Below are positions 35,736 to 45,034 of a DNA stretch of 64,000 nucleotides, in pieces. Position 1 is the stretch's first letter. Each line of letters opens with the position of its first letter. The DNA comes from Gammaproteobacteria bacterium (lineage in GTDB: Bacteria > Pseudomonadota > Gammaproteobacteria > Natronospirales > JAJUFS01). The stretch lies in the NCBI GenBank assembly GCA_036381715.1, contig DASVCH010000069.1:2208-66207 (forward strand), given 5' to 3'. The notes under the pieces are model-generated. The model was not told the DNA's origin. It was given only the letters and a program-made list of their open reading frames with translations, and ran no database searches. Made by a program: the position numbers and the translations under genes.

Positions 35736-38700
35736 ATGACGTGCCTGGCCCTTCGCCGCGCTGCAGCCCGCCTCCCGGCGGCCGCCCTGTTCCTCGCATT
35801 GCTGCTTCCTGCCGCCAATGCGGCGGAATCCGGCGCGCGCGCGGAATTGCGCTTCGACACCCTCGACATCAGCGACGGCCTGTCGCAGAACTCGGTCTAC
35901 GCCATCGCCCAGGGGAGTCTCGGCCTGATCTGGCTTGGCACGGACGACGGCCTGCACCGCTTCGACGGCTATGAATTCACCGCCTATCGCAAGTCCGGAT
36001 CGCCGGACCGCGGCCTGCAGTCCAGCTCGATTCTCGCGCTGCTGGCGGACAGCCGCGGCGACCTGTGGATCGGCACGCACAGCGGCCTGCATCGCATGAA
36101 CACGCAGACGGGCGACATCACGCCGCTGCGCGCCCCGCCGGACCTCCCGCCGGCGATCATCTGGGACATCACGGAGGATTCGACGGGCCGCATCTGGTTC
36201 GGCGGCAGCAACGGCGCGGGCTACGTGGACGGCGACCGGCTGCACCTGCTGCAGCCGCCCGAAAGCGCGGCCGCCGCGCCGGCCGACGTATGGATGGTGC
36301 GGCAGGATGCCGAGGGCACGTGGTGGGCATTCGGCGAAAACCTTGCCGCGCACTTCGAAACCCCGGGCGGAGAATGGCGGCAGCTTGACGTCCGCGCCGC
36401 GCTCGGCCTTGCACCCGGCGAGGACTTTGCCGTCGATGCCGCCGGCCGCGACGGCGACGGACAACTGGTGCTCGCGGTGGCCGGCCGCCTGCTGACACTC
36501 GGTGCGGACAACACGGTCGCAGGCGTCGCCGTGCTGCCGCCCGCCGCTGCGGAAAGCGCGCCGCGCGACATCCTAGCCGACGACCAGGGCAACCTCTGGA
36601 TCGCGCTGAACGATGGCGGCCTGCTGCGCCGTTCCGCGGACGGCGGCTTCGCACACTACCGTCACGATCCCTTTTTCGAGCAAAGCCTGGCCGCCGACCG
36701 CCTCACCGACCTGTTCCTTGACCGCAACGGGCTGCTGTGGATCGGGACCGCGGTTGCCGGCGTGGACCGATTCGACCCGGCAACGGTCGCCATCCGCCAC
36801 TACCGGCATCATCCGGCGCGCGAGAACAGTCTCGGCAACGACAACGTCTGGAGTTTCGCGCGCGCACCCGGCGGTCCGCTGTGGGTTTCGACCGAAGGCG
36901 GCCTGGACCGCATCGATCCCGGCACCGGCGAGGTCACGCACTACCGCCACGATGACGACGATCCCGCGTCGATCGCGTCCGGCAGCGGCGCCGTGCTGCG
37001 TTTCGACGGCGCCGGCCGGCTGTGGATCGGCGCCGGTGCGAGCCTCGACCGCCACGACCCCGAAACCGGCGGCTTCGTGCATCACGTCATCCCCCGGGAG
37101 GACATCTGGGTCGTGAATTTCCTGCCGCTCGGCGGCAGCCGCTTCCTGGTCGGTACACAGGAATCGTTCGGCGTTTTCGACGTCACCGGCAACGCGTTCG
37201 CGCCACTGTCCGTCGACACGTCCATCCACTCCGGCCTTGCCTACGCCTATGCCCTGGCGCTCGCGCGCGCGCCGGACGGCACGGTCTGGATCGGCACCAA
37301 TCTCGGACTGCTTGCCTGGGACGGCGAATCGACAGCGGTGAGGGACGTCATGCACGGCGCGTGGAGCGCGCTTTACGGCGTGAACGTGCAGGACGTGATC
37401 CCCCGCGCCGGCGGCGGACTTGCGCTCGCCACCGCCGCGGGTCTCGCGCTGCTCGGCGAGCCCGGCTCGGCGATCACCTGGTACACGGCGGCGGACGGCC
37501 TGCCGGAAGGCACGCTCTACGCGGTGCGCGAGGACCTCGCGGGCAAGCTGTGGGTGAGCAGCAACGACGGCCTGCTGCGCATCGATCCCGCCACCCGCGA
37601 GATCGATCATTTCGATCGCCGCGACGGCCTGCAGAGCAACGAGTTCAACGGCGGCGCCGCGCTGCGCGACGCGCAGGGCCGGTTGTACTTCGGCGGCATC
37701 AACGGTTTCAACGTCTTCGATCCGCGCGAACTTGCACCGAGGGCGGCGGCGCCGGAGGCCATCATCACGCGCGTCACGCACTTCGACGGCACGCTCGCGC
37801 CGGCCGCGGACGACGACGGCGTCATCGAAATCGACTGGCGGCACAACGGCGTCACGTTCGACTTCATGGCGGCCGACTTCAGCGCGCCGCGCGGCAACCG
37901 TTTCCAGTTCCGCCTGCTGCCGCTGCACGAGGAGTGGATGCTCGTCGAGGACGATCACCGCGCCGCCTACGCGGACCTCTCGGGCGGCAGCTACACCTTC
38001 GAGGTACGCGCCGCCACGCAGCGCGGCGACTGGGGCGCGCCCGCCCGGCTCTCGCTTGCGGTCGCATCGAAGCCGTGGCGCACCTGGTGGGCGTGGACGC
38101 TGTACATCCTTGCGGCGCTGGGACTGCTTGGCGCGATCCTGCGCTACCAGGCGCAGCGGCTCGCCGCACAACAGACCGCGGAATACGAAATGCGGCAGCG
38201 GCAGCGCGTGCAATCCTGGCACGAGCTTGCAACCAGCCTGTCACGCACGCTGGACGTCGCCGAAATTTTCGCGCTGCTGTTCAAGCACGTGAAGCGCAGC
38301 GTGCAGGCCGGGTTCATCGCGCTGTTCGAGGAACGCGACGGTCGCGTCGAGCTTGTGCAGTTCCAGGGGGAAGCGAAAAGAACCGGGCTGCGCGCGTTCG
38401 CCACGCAGCAGCCTGCGTTTATCGACAGCCTCAAGCGCACGATGCGGATGCACGCGCTGCCGGGCACGGAACTCGACGGCGATGACGCCGGCCTGCGCGA
38501 CATGCAGTTGCTCGTGATTCCCGCGCACGACAACACGGGCCGCCTGCGCTTCCTGCTCGCGGGCCGGCACGGCGCGGCATTCGATGACGAGGACGTTTCG
38601 CGCGTCGCCGGTTATGCCAGCCAGGCGCTGATCGCGATCGACAAGGCGCGCCTGTTCGCGGACGTGCAGGCGCTCGCGACGAAAGACGAACTCACCGGGC

Positions 38701-39182
38701 TGGCCAACCGCCGCCACCTGTCCGAGCGCGCGGAGCTGGAATTCCAGCGCTGCGTCCGCTACCGGCGTCCGTTCGCCGTGCTGATGATCGACTTCGACCA
38801 TTTCAAGACCATCAACGACCGTCACGGCCACGACATCGGCGACCGCGTGCTGCGCGAAGCCGGCCGGTTGTTCGCCGACCAGCTTCGCAAGTTCGACGTC
38901 GTGGCGCGCTACGGCGGCGAGGAATTCATCATGTGCCTGCCCGAAACCACGCTCGCGCAGGCGGAACTCGTCGCGGAACGCCTGCGGCAACAGGTCGAGC
39001 GCCTTGGCGTCCCGCTGGACGACGGACTGCTGCAGGTCACCGTGAGCATCGGTGCCGCGTCATCGGAACCGGCTGACGGCAAGCTGCAGGACGTCATTCA
39101 CGCGGCCGACAACGCCCTTTACACCGCGAAGTCGGAAGGAAGAAATCGCGTGCATGCGGGAGAACGGCTGACCGCGGAGTGA
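35736..39182 (+). CDS. Periplasmic beta-propeller/Y_Y_Y sensor fused to GAF-like and GGDEF domains (diguanylate cyclase)
   Basis: ORF 35583..39182. The ATG at 35736 has GGAGAG upstream. Signal/TM region, repeated propeller motifs (LWIGT..GL.R), a Y_Y_Y-like segment (YTFEVRAA), a TM helix, and RYGGEEF. Confidence 0.85.
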   Translation: MTCLALRRAAARLPAAALFLALLLPAANAAESGARAELRFDTLDISDGLSQNSVYAIAQGSLGLIWLGTDDGLHRFDGYEFTAYRKSGSPDRGLQSSSILALLADSRGDLWIGTHSGLHRMNTQTGDITPLRAPPDLPPAIIWDITEDSTGRIWFGGSNGAGYVDGDRLHLLQPPESAAAAPADVWMVRQDAEGTWWAFGENLAAHFETPGGEWRQLDVRAALGLAPGEDFAVDAAGRDGDGQLVLAVAGRLLTLGADNTVAGVAVLPPAAAESAPRDILADDQGNLWIALNDGGLLRRSADGGFAHYRHDPFFEQSLAADRLTDLFLDRNGLLWIGTAVAGVDRFDPATVAIRHYRHHPARENSLGNDNVWSFARAPGGPLWVSTEGGLDRIDPGTGEVTHYRHDDDDPASIASGSGAVLRFDGAGRLWIGAGASLDRHDPETGGFVHHVIPREDIWVVNFLPLGGSRFLVGTQESFGVFDVTGNAFAPLSVDTSIHSGLAYAYALALARAPDGTVWIGTNLGLLAWDGESTAVRDVMHGAWSALYGVNVQDVIPRAGGGLALATAAGLALLGEPGSAITWYTAADGLPEGTLYAVREDLAGKLWVSSNDGLLRIDPATREIDHFDRRDGLQSNEFNGGAALRDAQGRLYFGGINGFNVFDPRELAPRAAAPEAIITRVTHFDGTLAPAADDDGVIEIDWRHNGVTFDFMAADFSAPRGNRFQFRLLPLHEEWMLVEDDHRAAYADLSGGSYTFEVRAATQRGDWGAPARLSLAVASKPWRTWWAWTLYILAALGLLGAILRYQAQRLAAQQTAEYEMRQRQRVQSWHELATSLSRTLDVAEIFALLFKHVKRSVQAGFIALFEERDGRVELVQFQGEAKRTGLRAFATQQPAFIDSLKRTMRMHALPGTELDGDDAGLRDMQLLVIPAHDNTGRLRFLLAGRHGAAFDDEDVSRVAGYASQALIAIDKARLFADVQALATKDELTGLANRRHLSERAELEFQRCVRYRRPFAVLMIDFDHFKTINDRHGHDIGDRVLREAGRLFADQLRKFDVVARYGGEEFIMCLPETTLAQAELVAERLRQQVERLGVPLDDGLLQVTVSIGAASSEPADGKLQDVIHAADNALYTAKSEGRNRVHAGERLTAE

Positions 39183-39184
39183 CG

Positions 39185-39209
39185 GACGCGGTATTCCGGA
39201 AACCGCGTC
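39185..39209. terminator. Small 8-bp hairpin between the convergent DGC and DUF1028 genes
   Basis: GACGCGGT-N9-ACCGCGTC. No T-tract; overlaps the DUF1028 stop codon. Confidence 0.3.
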
Positions 39210-40212
39210 AGCCACCGGCCATTCCCTTGCGCAAACGCGACATCAATCCTTCGTCATCCGGCAGCAGCTTCGCTTCCGGCAGGCGCTCCAGAAGTTCCAG
39301 CCATTGCGGATTCTCGGCGTAGGCGCGTTGCAGGTACGGCAAGGCTTCGTCGACGCGTCCGACGCTCGCCAGCGACACGCCGACCCAGAACGGCGCCTCG
39401 CCATCCGTTGCGCTGTCCGGCACGAGTTCCATCGCCGCGGAATAGGCCTGCAAGGCCTTGTCGATGTCGCCGTCCGCGACGTGCACGTCGCCTTCGTTGA
39501 GCTTGTGGTACGCGCGCTGCAGGGTGACCAGCCGTTTCAGTTCCGCGACGGGCGTGGCGTGGTCCTCCACGCGCAGATCGAACAGCCGGTCCTGCCAGGC
39601 AATCCCCGTCGGTTCGCCGGAGACAACCAGCAAGGCCGCCGACTGCTTGCCGCGCACGTCACCGCCGGCCCGTTGCGCGGCTTCAAGCGCCGCCACCAGT
39701 TTCGCGGCAAGGTCGCCGCCGCTTTCCCGGAACGCCTTCGCCATTGCCTGCGGCACGCCGGCGTCCGCCATCATGTTCGCCTGCGCGGAAAAGTTTTCGC
39801 CGACGACGTGTCCGGCATGAATGATCGCGTCCTCGCCCGTGAACGCCTCGACGCGGCCTTCGGCATCGATCATCGCCACCTGCCGCACGCTCGCGTTCTC
39901 GTCGGTGCTGACCAGCGCCTTCAACGCCTCGGGCGCGGAACGTCCGGCGCGCATCAGCTCCAGGCCGAGCGGCCCGTAGTTCGGATCGGTGAACGATTGT
40001 GTCGCCACCGCGCCCACGCCGGCCTCGGCCCAGGGCACGACCTGCCCCACCGAAAACCAGTGCGATTGCACGGCCACGCCGAGCTGGCCCGTCGCGGGAT
40101 CGCGCGCGACGATCGAGTACGTCGCGACCGGACGGCGGATCGCATCGAAATCCGCTGCGAGCACCGGCAGCGTCATGAACAGCATCACCAAAGCAAGCAA
40201 AGTTCTGCGCAT
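39208..40212 (-). CDS. Secreted DUF1028 (Ntn-hydrolase fold) protein with C-terminal TPR-like extension
   Basis: ATG at 40212 (MRRTLLALVMLFMTLPVLA). Motifs TYSIVARDPATGQLGVAVQSH, GAVATQS and GGDVRGKQSAALLV. Confidence 0.7.
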   Translation of the reverse strand: MRRTLLALVMLFMTLPVLAADFDAIRRPVATYSIVARDPATGQLGVAVQSHWFSVGQVVPWAEAGVGAVATQSFTDPNYGPLGLELMRAGRSAPEALKALVSTDENASVRQVAMIDAEGRVEAFTGEDAIIHAGHVVGENFSAQANMMADAGVPQAMAKAFRESGGDLAAKLVAALEAAQRAGGDVRGKQSAALLVVSGEPTGIAWQDRLFDLRVEDHATPVAELKRLVTLQRAYHKLNEGDVHVADGDIDKALQAYSAAMELVPDSATDGEAPFWVGVSLASVGRVDEALPYLQRAYAENPQWLELLERLPEAKLLPDDEGLMSRLRKGMAGG

Positions 40213-40358
40213 TGGAATTCCTCCCGGGATCATGTCGGTGTTTTTCTGCGCCAGGCATGCAGCATGACGCTCCTGTATCGGATTCTGCCCTTAGTTCGCC
40301 ATTCGATCACCCCGGAGTCGCGTTCGACGCGAGCGGCGGCAAACGCTAGCATGCGCTC

Positions 40359-41537
40359 ATGAAAATTCTCATCTCCGGCGCGGGCATCGCCGGCCCCACC
40401 CTTGCCTGGTGGCTGCTGGAACACGGTTTCGAACCCGTGCTGGTCGAACGCGCGCCGCGGCTGCGCACCGGCGGCTACATCATCGATTTCTGGGGATCGG
40501 GATTCGATGTCGCGGAACGCATGGGCCTCGTGCCGGAGCTGATGCACGCCGGCTACAAGGTCAGGGAAGTCCGCATGGTGAATCGTGCAAGCCGCAAGGT
40601 CGCCGGATTTTCCGCGGAGGTGTTCGACCGCCTGACGGACGGCCGTTACGTCAGCCTGCCGCGCGGCGAGTTGGGCGCGATGATCCACGCGCGCATCCAG
40701 GACCGCGCCGAAACACTCTTCGACGATGAAATCCTTGCGCTCGACGACACCGGCGATGGCGTGAACGTCACGTTCCGGAACGCCGCCCCGCGCAGGTTCG
40801 ATCTCGTGATCGGGGCGGACGGCCTGCACTCCAGGGTGCGCGAGCTCGTGTTCGGCGCGGAAGGCGAATTCGAGAAATATCTCGGCTACCAGGTGGCGGC
40901 CTTCGAAACGCGCGGCTACCGGCCGCGCGACGAGGACGTGTACGTCATGTTCACGCAGGTCGGCCGGCAGATCTCGCGGTTCTCCCTGCGCGACGACCGC
41001 ACCCTCTTCCTGTTCGTGCTGGCCGACGAGGCCGGCCGCGAAGCGCATGACGCAAGGCGCCTCCTGCATCGGCGTTTCGACGCCGCCGGCTGGGAATCCG
41101 ACGGGATTCTGGCGGCGATGGATGCGACGGACGATCTTTACTTCGACCGCGTCAGCCAGATCCGCATGAACACCTGGAGCCGCGGCCGCGTTGCATTGAT
41201 CGGCGATGCCGCTTTCTGCGTGTCCTTGCTCGCGGGCCAGGGTTCGGCGCTGGCAATGACCGCGGGCTATGTGCTCGCGGGCGAACTTCGCCGCGCGCAG
41301 GGCGACTACCGCGAAGCCTTCCGGCGCTACCAGGAGCGGCTTGGCCCGTTTATCGCGAAAAAGCAGCAGGCCGCCGAAAAGTTCGCCGGCGCGTTTGCGC
41401 CGCGCACCGCGGTCGGCCTTTTCTTCCGGAACCAGGTGACCCGGCTGCTGGACATCCCCTGGATCGCGGACCTTGCCATCGGCCGTGACCTGAAAGACAA
41501 CATCGCGTTGCCGGATTACGGAAACCCCGGCTGCTAG
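40359..41537 (+). CDS. FAD-dependent monooxygenase
   Basis: 392 aa. Motifs MKILISGAGIAGPTLAWWL, GADGLHSRVR and GDAAFCVSLLAGQG. Confidence 0.85.
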   Translation: MKILISGAGIAGPTLAWWLLEHGFEPVLVERAPRLRTGGYIIDFWGSGFDVAERMGLVPELMHAGYKVREVRMVNRASRKVAGFSAEVFDRLTDGRYVSLPRGELGAMIHARIQDRAETLFDDEILALDDTGDGVNVTFRNAAPRRFDLVIGADGLHSRVRELVFGAEGEFEKYLGYQVAAFETRGYRPRDEDVYVMFTQVGRQISRFSLRDDRTLFLFVLADEAGREAHDARRLLHRRFDAAGWESDGILAAMDATDDLYFDRVSQIRMNTWSRGRVALIGDAAFCVSLLAGQGSALAMTAGYVLAGELRRAQGDYREAFRRYQERLGPFIAKKQQAAEKFAGAFAPRTAVGLFFRNQVTRLLDIPWIADLAIGRDLKDNIALPDYGNPGC

Positions 41538-41545
41538 TCTTTCGT

Positions 41546-41631
41546 CTTCCTTCCGGGGCGCGACGACCAACAATCGGCCGCGGAGCGGCCTCCTACGAGA
41601 TTTCGCGTGTCCGGGGATGCGAGGCGCGAAC
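41546..41631. repeat. REP-like element, copy 2 (core hairpin at 41576..41590)
   Basis: Begins 9 nt after the monooxygenase stop. See 33179..33263. Confidence 0.8.
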
Positions 41632-41711
41632 GCTTTCGCCTTTCGCCACAAAAGCAATAGACAGGATTAACAGGATTTTTCAGGGTTCCTCAGCGCGGGC
41701 TTCGCCCGCCG
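41632..41711. repeat. Mosaic module: CTTTCGC x2, ACAAAAGC, AATAGACAGGATTAACAGGATTTTTCAGG, GCGGGC-TTC-GCCCGC hairpin
   Basis: Alignable with 17387..17469. Confidence 0.75.
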
Positions 41712-41837
41712 CTTTCGCCTTTCGCCTTTCGCCTTTCGCCTTTCGCCTTTCGCCTTTCGCCTTTCGCCTTTCGCCTTTCGCCTTTCGCCTTTCGCCTTTC
41801 GCCTTTCGACTTTCGACTTTCGACTTTCGACTTTCGA
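41712..41837. repeat. 18-unit pyrimidine heptamer array: CTTTCGC x13, CTTTCGA x5
   Basis: Counted unit by unit. All 18 units are perfect. Ends 9 nt before the stop of the GDPD-like gene. Confidence 0.95.
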
Positions 41838-41846
41838 CTGTCGTCT

Positions 41847-42890
41847 TCACCCTTCCCCGCACGCATTGACCGCGTACCGGTCCGCACCGTGATCGTGATC
41901 CAGCAGCACGCGTACTTCGGGTATCGCCGACAACTCCCGCAACAGTTGCACGTCATCCGGAATGTGATAGATGAACACCGGGACGCCGCCAAGCAGCTCG
42001 CGCGTCACCGGTCCGTAGATCGGTTCCCCGCGGTAGTAATAATTCATTCCGAGCACGTCAAAGTCGCCGAAATGAAAGAGCGCCTTGTAAAGGTTGATGA
42101 CGAACGGCGTCATGAAATGCCCGTCCGCCAGCGGCTGGATATCGAAAATGGTGCGAAAGCCGGCATCCCTGAAATGCGCGAGATGAAACGGCGTCGCGCC
42201 CTCGACGTAAATGCGGTTCTTCGCCATGCCGAGACCGTCCGCAATCTCGACCAGCCGCGCCGCGGCATCGGCGATCGCCTCGTCGCCGAGATGCCGCATG
42301 TGCTTGAAGTCCAGCCAGTAGAAATGTTCGCCGCCGACTTCGCGAAACAGTTTTTCCAGTGACAGGAGTTCGCCGTCCTTCAGGTCGTAGGGGAAGTTGT
42401 GCGACACGACGTATCGCGCAAGCTCGGGGTCGTAGAAGACGTCGATTTCCGCGCCCCGCGCGCCACGCTCGAACGCGAGCCTCACGGTAGCGATGCTGTT
42501 GCCGGCGGTGTGGTCGTTCACCGCCGCATCCAGCACCAGCCCGCGCGTCGCCCAGACCTTGTGGCAGTCCTTGTAGATTCCTTCGTAAGTCCTGGCCTGC
42601 AAGCCGCGATCCAGGAGCGCAACCGACGCATGCCAGGCGAACACAAGCAGCGCAACGGTCGAAACCGCGGCCAGCGGCAGCCGCCAGCGCGACTCCGCGT
42701 AAAGCGATGCGAAACAGGACAGAACAAAGAGCGGCACCAGCAACAGCACGACCAGCACATCAAGGAGGATGAGAGTCGCATCCGCGCTCAGTTGGACAAG
42801 TGCGACGAGAACAAGCAACGCCGCGGCAAGCAGCGCGAAAATCGCGGCAGGCTTCCGGAGATATTTCATTTTCACTCGCGAGCGAATCAT
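41847..42890 (-). CDS. Membrane-anchored glycerophosphodiester-phosphodiesterase-like protein
   Basis: 347 aa. N-terminal TM helices, then a GDPD/PI-PLC-X-like segment (WATRGL...[21 protein letters not shown]). ATGA overlap with the upstream LtaS-like gene. An alternative start exists at 42869. Confidence 0.6.
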   Translation of the reverse strand: MIRSRVKMKYLRKPAAIFALLAAALLVLVALVQLSADATLILLDVLVVLLLVPLFVLSCFASLYAESRWRLPLAAVSTVALLVFAWHASVALLDRGLQARTYEGIYKDCHKVWATRGLVLDAAVNDHTAGNSIATVRLAFERGARGAEIDVFYDPELARYVVSHNFPYDLKDGELLSLEKLFREVGGEHFYWLDFKHMRHLGDEAIADAAARLVEIADGLGMAKNRIYVEGATPFHLAHFRDAGFRTIFDIQPLADGHFMTPFVINLYKALFHFGDFDVLGMNYYYRGEPIYGPVTRELLGGVPVFIYHIPDDVQLLRELSAIPEVRVLLDHDHGADRYAVNACGEG

Positions 42891-44929
42891 TCCGGCGCGC
42901 CCGCCGTGACGGAAGGCGCAGTCGCAACCTTTTCCTGTCCGGCGGGCGGTTCAGGCAGGCGGTACCACTTGTGCTTGTACGCGAGGCGCGGCCACTCCGT
43001 GTGCGACAGGGCAAGCTCGAGCAACTGCGCGTCGAGCGCTGCCGGGACCAGCGTCTCGTTCTCGTAACGGAACTGCGACGGTTCGCGGCCTTCCTGGAAG
43101 ATGATGACGTCGTCGTTCCGGCCGTCGCGCTGGCGATAGGCGATGTTGTTGCCGTACTGCATGACCGCGTGCGGCGGAACGGCGTCGATGCCGTCGCCCA
43201 GCAGGTTGATGCCGGTGGTCGGCAGCAGTACGTCCCGGCCGAGCGACAGCAGCGGCAGCACCGTCGGAATCAGGTCGACCTGGCTCGCAAGCCGGTCGAC
43301 GACCTGCGGTTCGATCCCCGCGCCGAGAATCAGCGCCGGCACGCGGTAATGGCGGATCGGCACGAGCTCCGCGCCCAGTACGCGCGAGTCGTGATCCGCA
43401 ACGATCAGGAACACCGTGTCTTTCCAGTACTCCGACTGCTCGGCGAGCTCGAGAAAGACCCCGAGCGCGTGGTCCGCGTACTTGATCGCGTTCTCGCGGG
43501 TTTTCGCCGGCTGGTTGTACGGCTCGATGCTGCCTGCCGGATACTCGAACGGCGTGTGATTCGACGAGGTGAACACGAGACTGAAAAACGGCTCGCCGCC
43601 GGACAGGCTGTCGAAGTATTCGTCCGCCTTGCGGAACAGGTCCTCGTCCGACACGCCCCAGGAACCTTCGAATTGCGGGTTTTCATAGTTCGCGCGGTCG
43701 ATCACGGTCTCGAAGCCGTTGTTCACGAAGAAGCGCCGCATGTTGTCGAATTGCGCGGAGCCGCCGTAGATGAAAGAGGTGCGGTAACCGTGGCGCGCGA
43801 GCAGCCCGGCGATGGTGAAGAAGCCGCGCTGCGTGCCGCCGAGCTTGACCACGCTTTCCGTCGTGGTCGGCAGGAACCCGGTAATGACCGCTTCGATGCC
43901 GCGCACCGACCGTGTTCCCGTCGCGTGCATCTGCGTGAACCAGATGCCCTTCTCGCTGTAGCGATCCAGGTTCGGCGTCAACGGCAGGCCGCCAAGGCTG
44001 CCGACAAAGCGCGCGCCCATGCTTTCTTCCAGCACGATGACAAGGTTTTTCGGCCGGCCGTCCGTTGCCGGGAAACTCACGCGATGAAGGGTCGGCAAGG
44101 CCTCGCTTTCGAAGACGTCCGCCTGCAGGCCGGTCATGCGGCGCATGTTCGCGATCACTTTTTCCTGCGCGATGTCGCCGAACCTGATGCCGTCATCTTC
44201 GTGACGCATCTCGTAGGCGCCATAGAGAACCGAGTACGCGGAACTCAGCGGCAGCATGTTGACCAGGGGATCGGTGGATATTGCGATATTGCTCGGGTTC
44301 GCGGGGCGGTGACCGAAACTCGAGCGGATCGCCACCGCCGAGACCAGTACCAGCAGCGGCACGACGACAAGCGCCGGCAGAATGCCGTTGCGTTGCATTC
44401 CGCGGCTCGCGCTCCGGCAAGCGCGAAAGGCGAACCATGCCAGCAGGGGGACGGTGACGGCCGCGATGAAGATCGGCAGCTTGTAGCCGCTCCACAGCAT
44501 CGCCATGACTTCATCCGGATAGGTCAGGTACTTCACGAACAGGATGTTCGGCCGCAAGCCGTATTCGTCGATGAACCAGGGCGTGGCCAGTTCCATGAAG
44601 AAAATGAAAACCGTGCACAGGGCGAGCCACGCCGGCAGCAGCCAGCTCCAGGCCCGGCGCGGCCACGCGAAAACGCAGGCGAGCGGCGTCAGGGCCAGGG
44701 GAAACACAAGCAGCATGCCCTGCACGATCAGGTCGTAGCGAAGGCCCTGGACCAGGACAAAGATCCAGCCGGAGGCCGCGGCAACGCGATCGGAGAACCA
44801 GAAACCGAGCGCGACGCGCGCGAGCAGCATGATGCCGAGCGTAATCGCGAGATAGGCGGCGAACGGTTTGAGATTTGCGGCAACCGGGCGGAACGCGTCC
44901 AGCGGTTTTCTGGCCTGCATCATTTTCAC
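42887..44929 (-). CDS. LTA-synthase/phosphoglycerol-transferase family sulfatase-fold membrane protein
   Basis: 680 aa. Five or so N-terminal TM helices and an extracytoplasmic sulfatase domain (NLVIVLEESMGARF...THATGTRSVRG...). Confidence 0.8.
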   Translation of the reverse strand: MKMMQARKPLDAFRPVAANLKPFAAYLAITLGIMLLARVALGFWFSDRVAAASGWIFVLVQGLRYDLIVQGMLLVFPLALTPLACVFAWPRRAWSWLLPAWLALCTVFIFFMELATPWFIDEYGLRPNILFVKYLTYPDEVMAMLWSGYKLPIFIAAVTVPLLAWFAFRACRSASRGMQRNGILPALVVVPLLVLVSAVAIRSSFGHRPANPSNIAISTDPLVNMLPLSSAYSVLYGAYEMRHEDDGIRFGDIAQEKVIANMRRMTGLQADVFESEALPTLHRVSFPATDGRPKNLVIVLEESMGARFVGSLGGLPLTPNLDRYSEKGIWFTQMHATGTRSVRGIEAVITGFLPTTTESVVKLGGTQRGFFTIAGLLARHGYRTSFIYGGSAQFDNMRRFFVNNGFETVIDRANYENPQFEGSWGVSDEDLFRKADEYFDSLSGGEPFFSLVFTSSNHTPFEYPAGSIEPYNQPAKTRENAIKYADHALGVFLELAEQSEYWKDTVFLIVADHDSRVLGAELVPIRHYRVPALILGAGIEPQVVDRLASQVDLIPTVLPLLSLGRDVLLPTTGINLLGDGIDAVPPHAVMQYGNNIAYRQRDGRNDDVIIFQEGREPSQFRYENETLVPAALDAQLLELALSHTEWPRLAYKHKWYRLPEPPAGQEKVATAPSVTAGAPE

Positions 44930-45034
44930 GCTTGTGTCGGAAAAACTGCTGGCCAGTATATGTAATGCCGGTCGGCAATCAAGGAACGGGACGGGAGATG
45001 CCCGCTTGCCGGTCCCGCCGCTGTCGCACGCAGC

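Noticed and set aside
41712-41837. Possible CRISPR array (also 63120..63273 and 50089..50144)
   Set aside because: The units are 7 nt and contiguous with no spacers, and no cas genes are present. These are microsatellite-like tandem repeats, not CRISPR.
41680-41992. ORFs translating the heptamer arrays ([27 protein letters not shown]...; also 17317..17514, 62869..63318, 62916..63299, 63080..63745, 63109..63918)
   Set aside because: The peptide periodicity simply reflects 7-nt units read in three phases. All frames and both strands are open. There is no RBS or start-codon context, and the same DNA recurs in non-coding positions.
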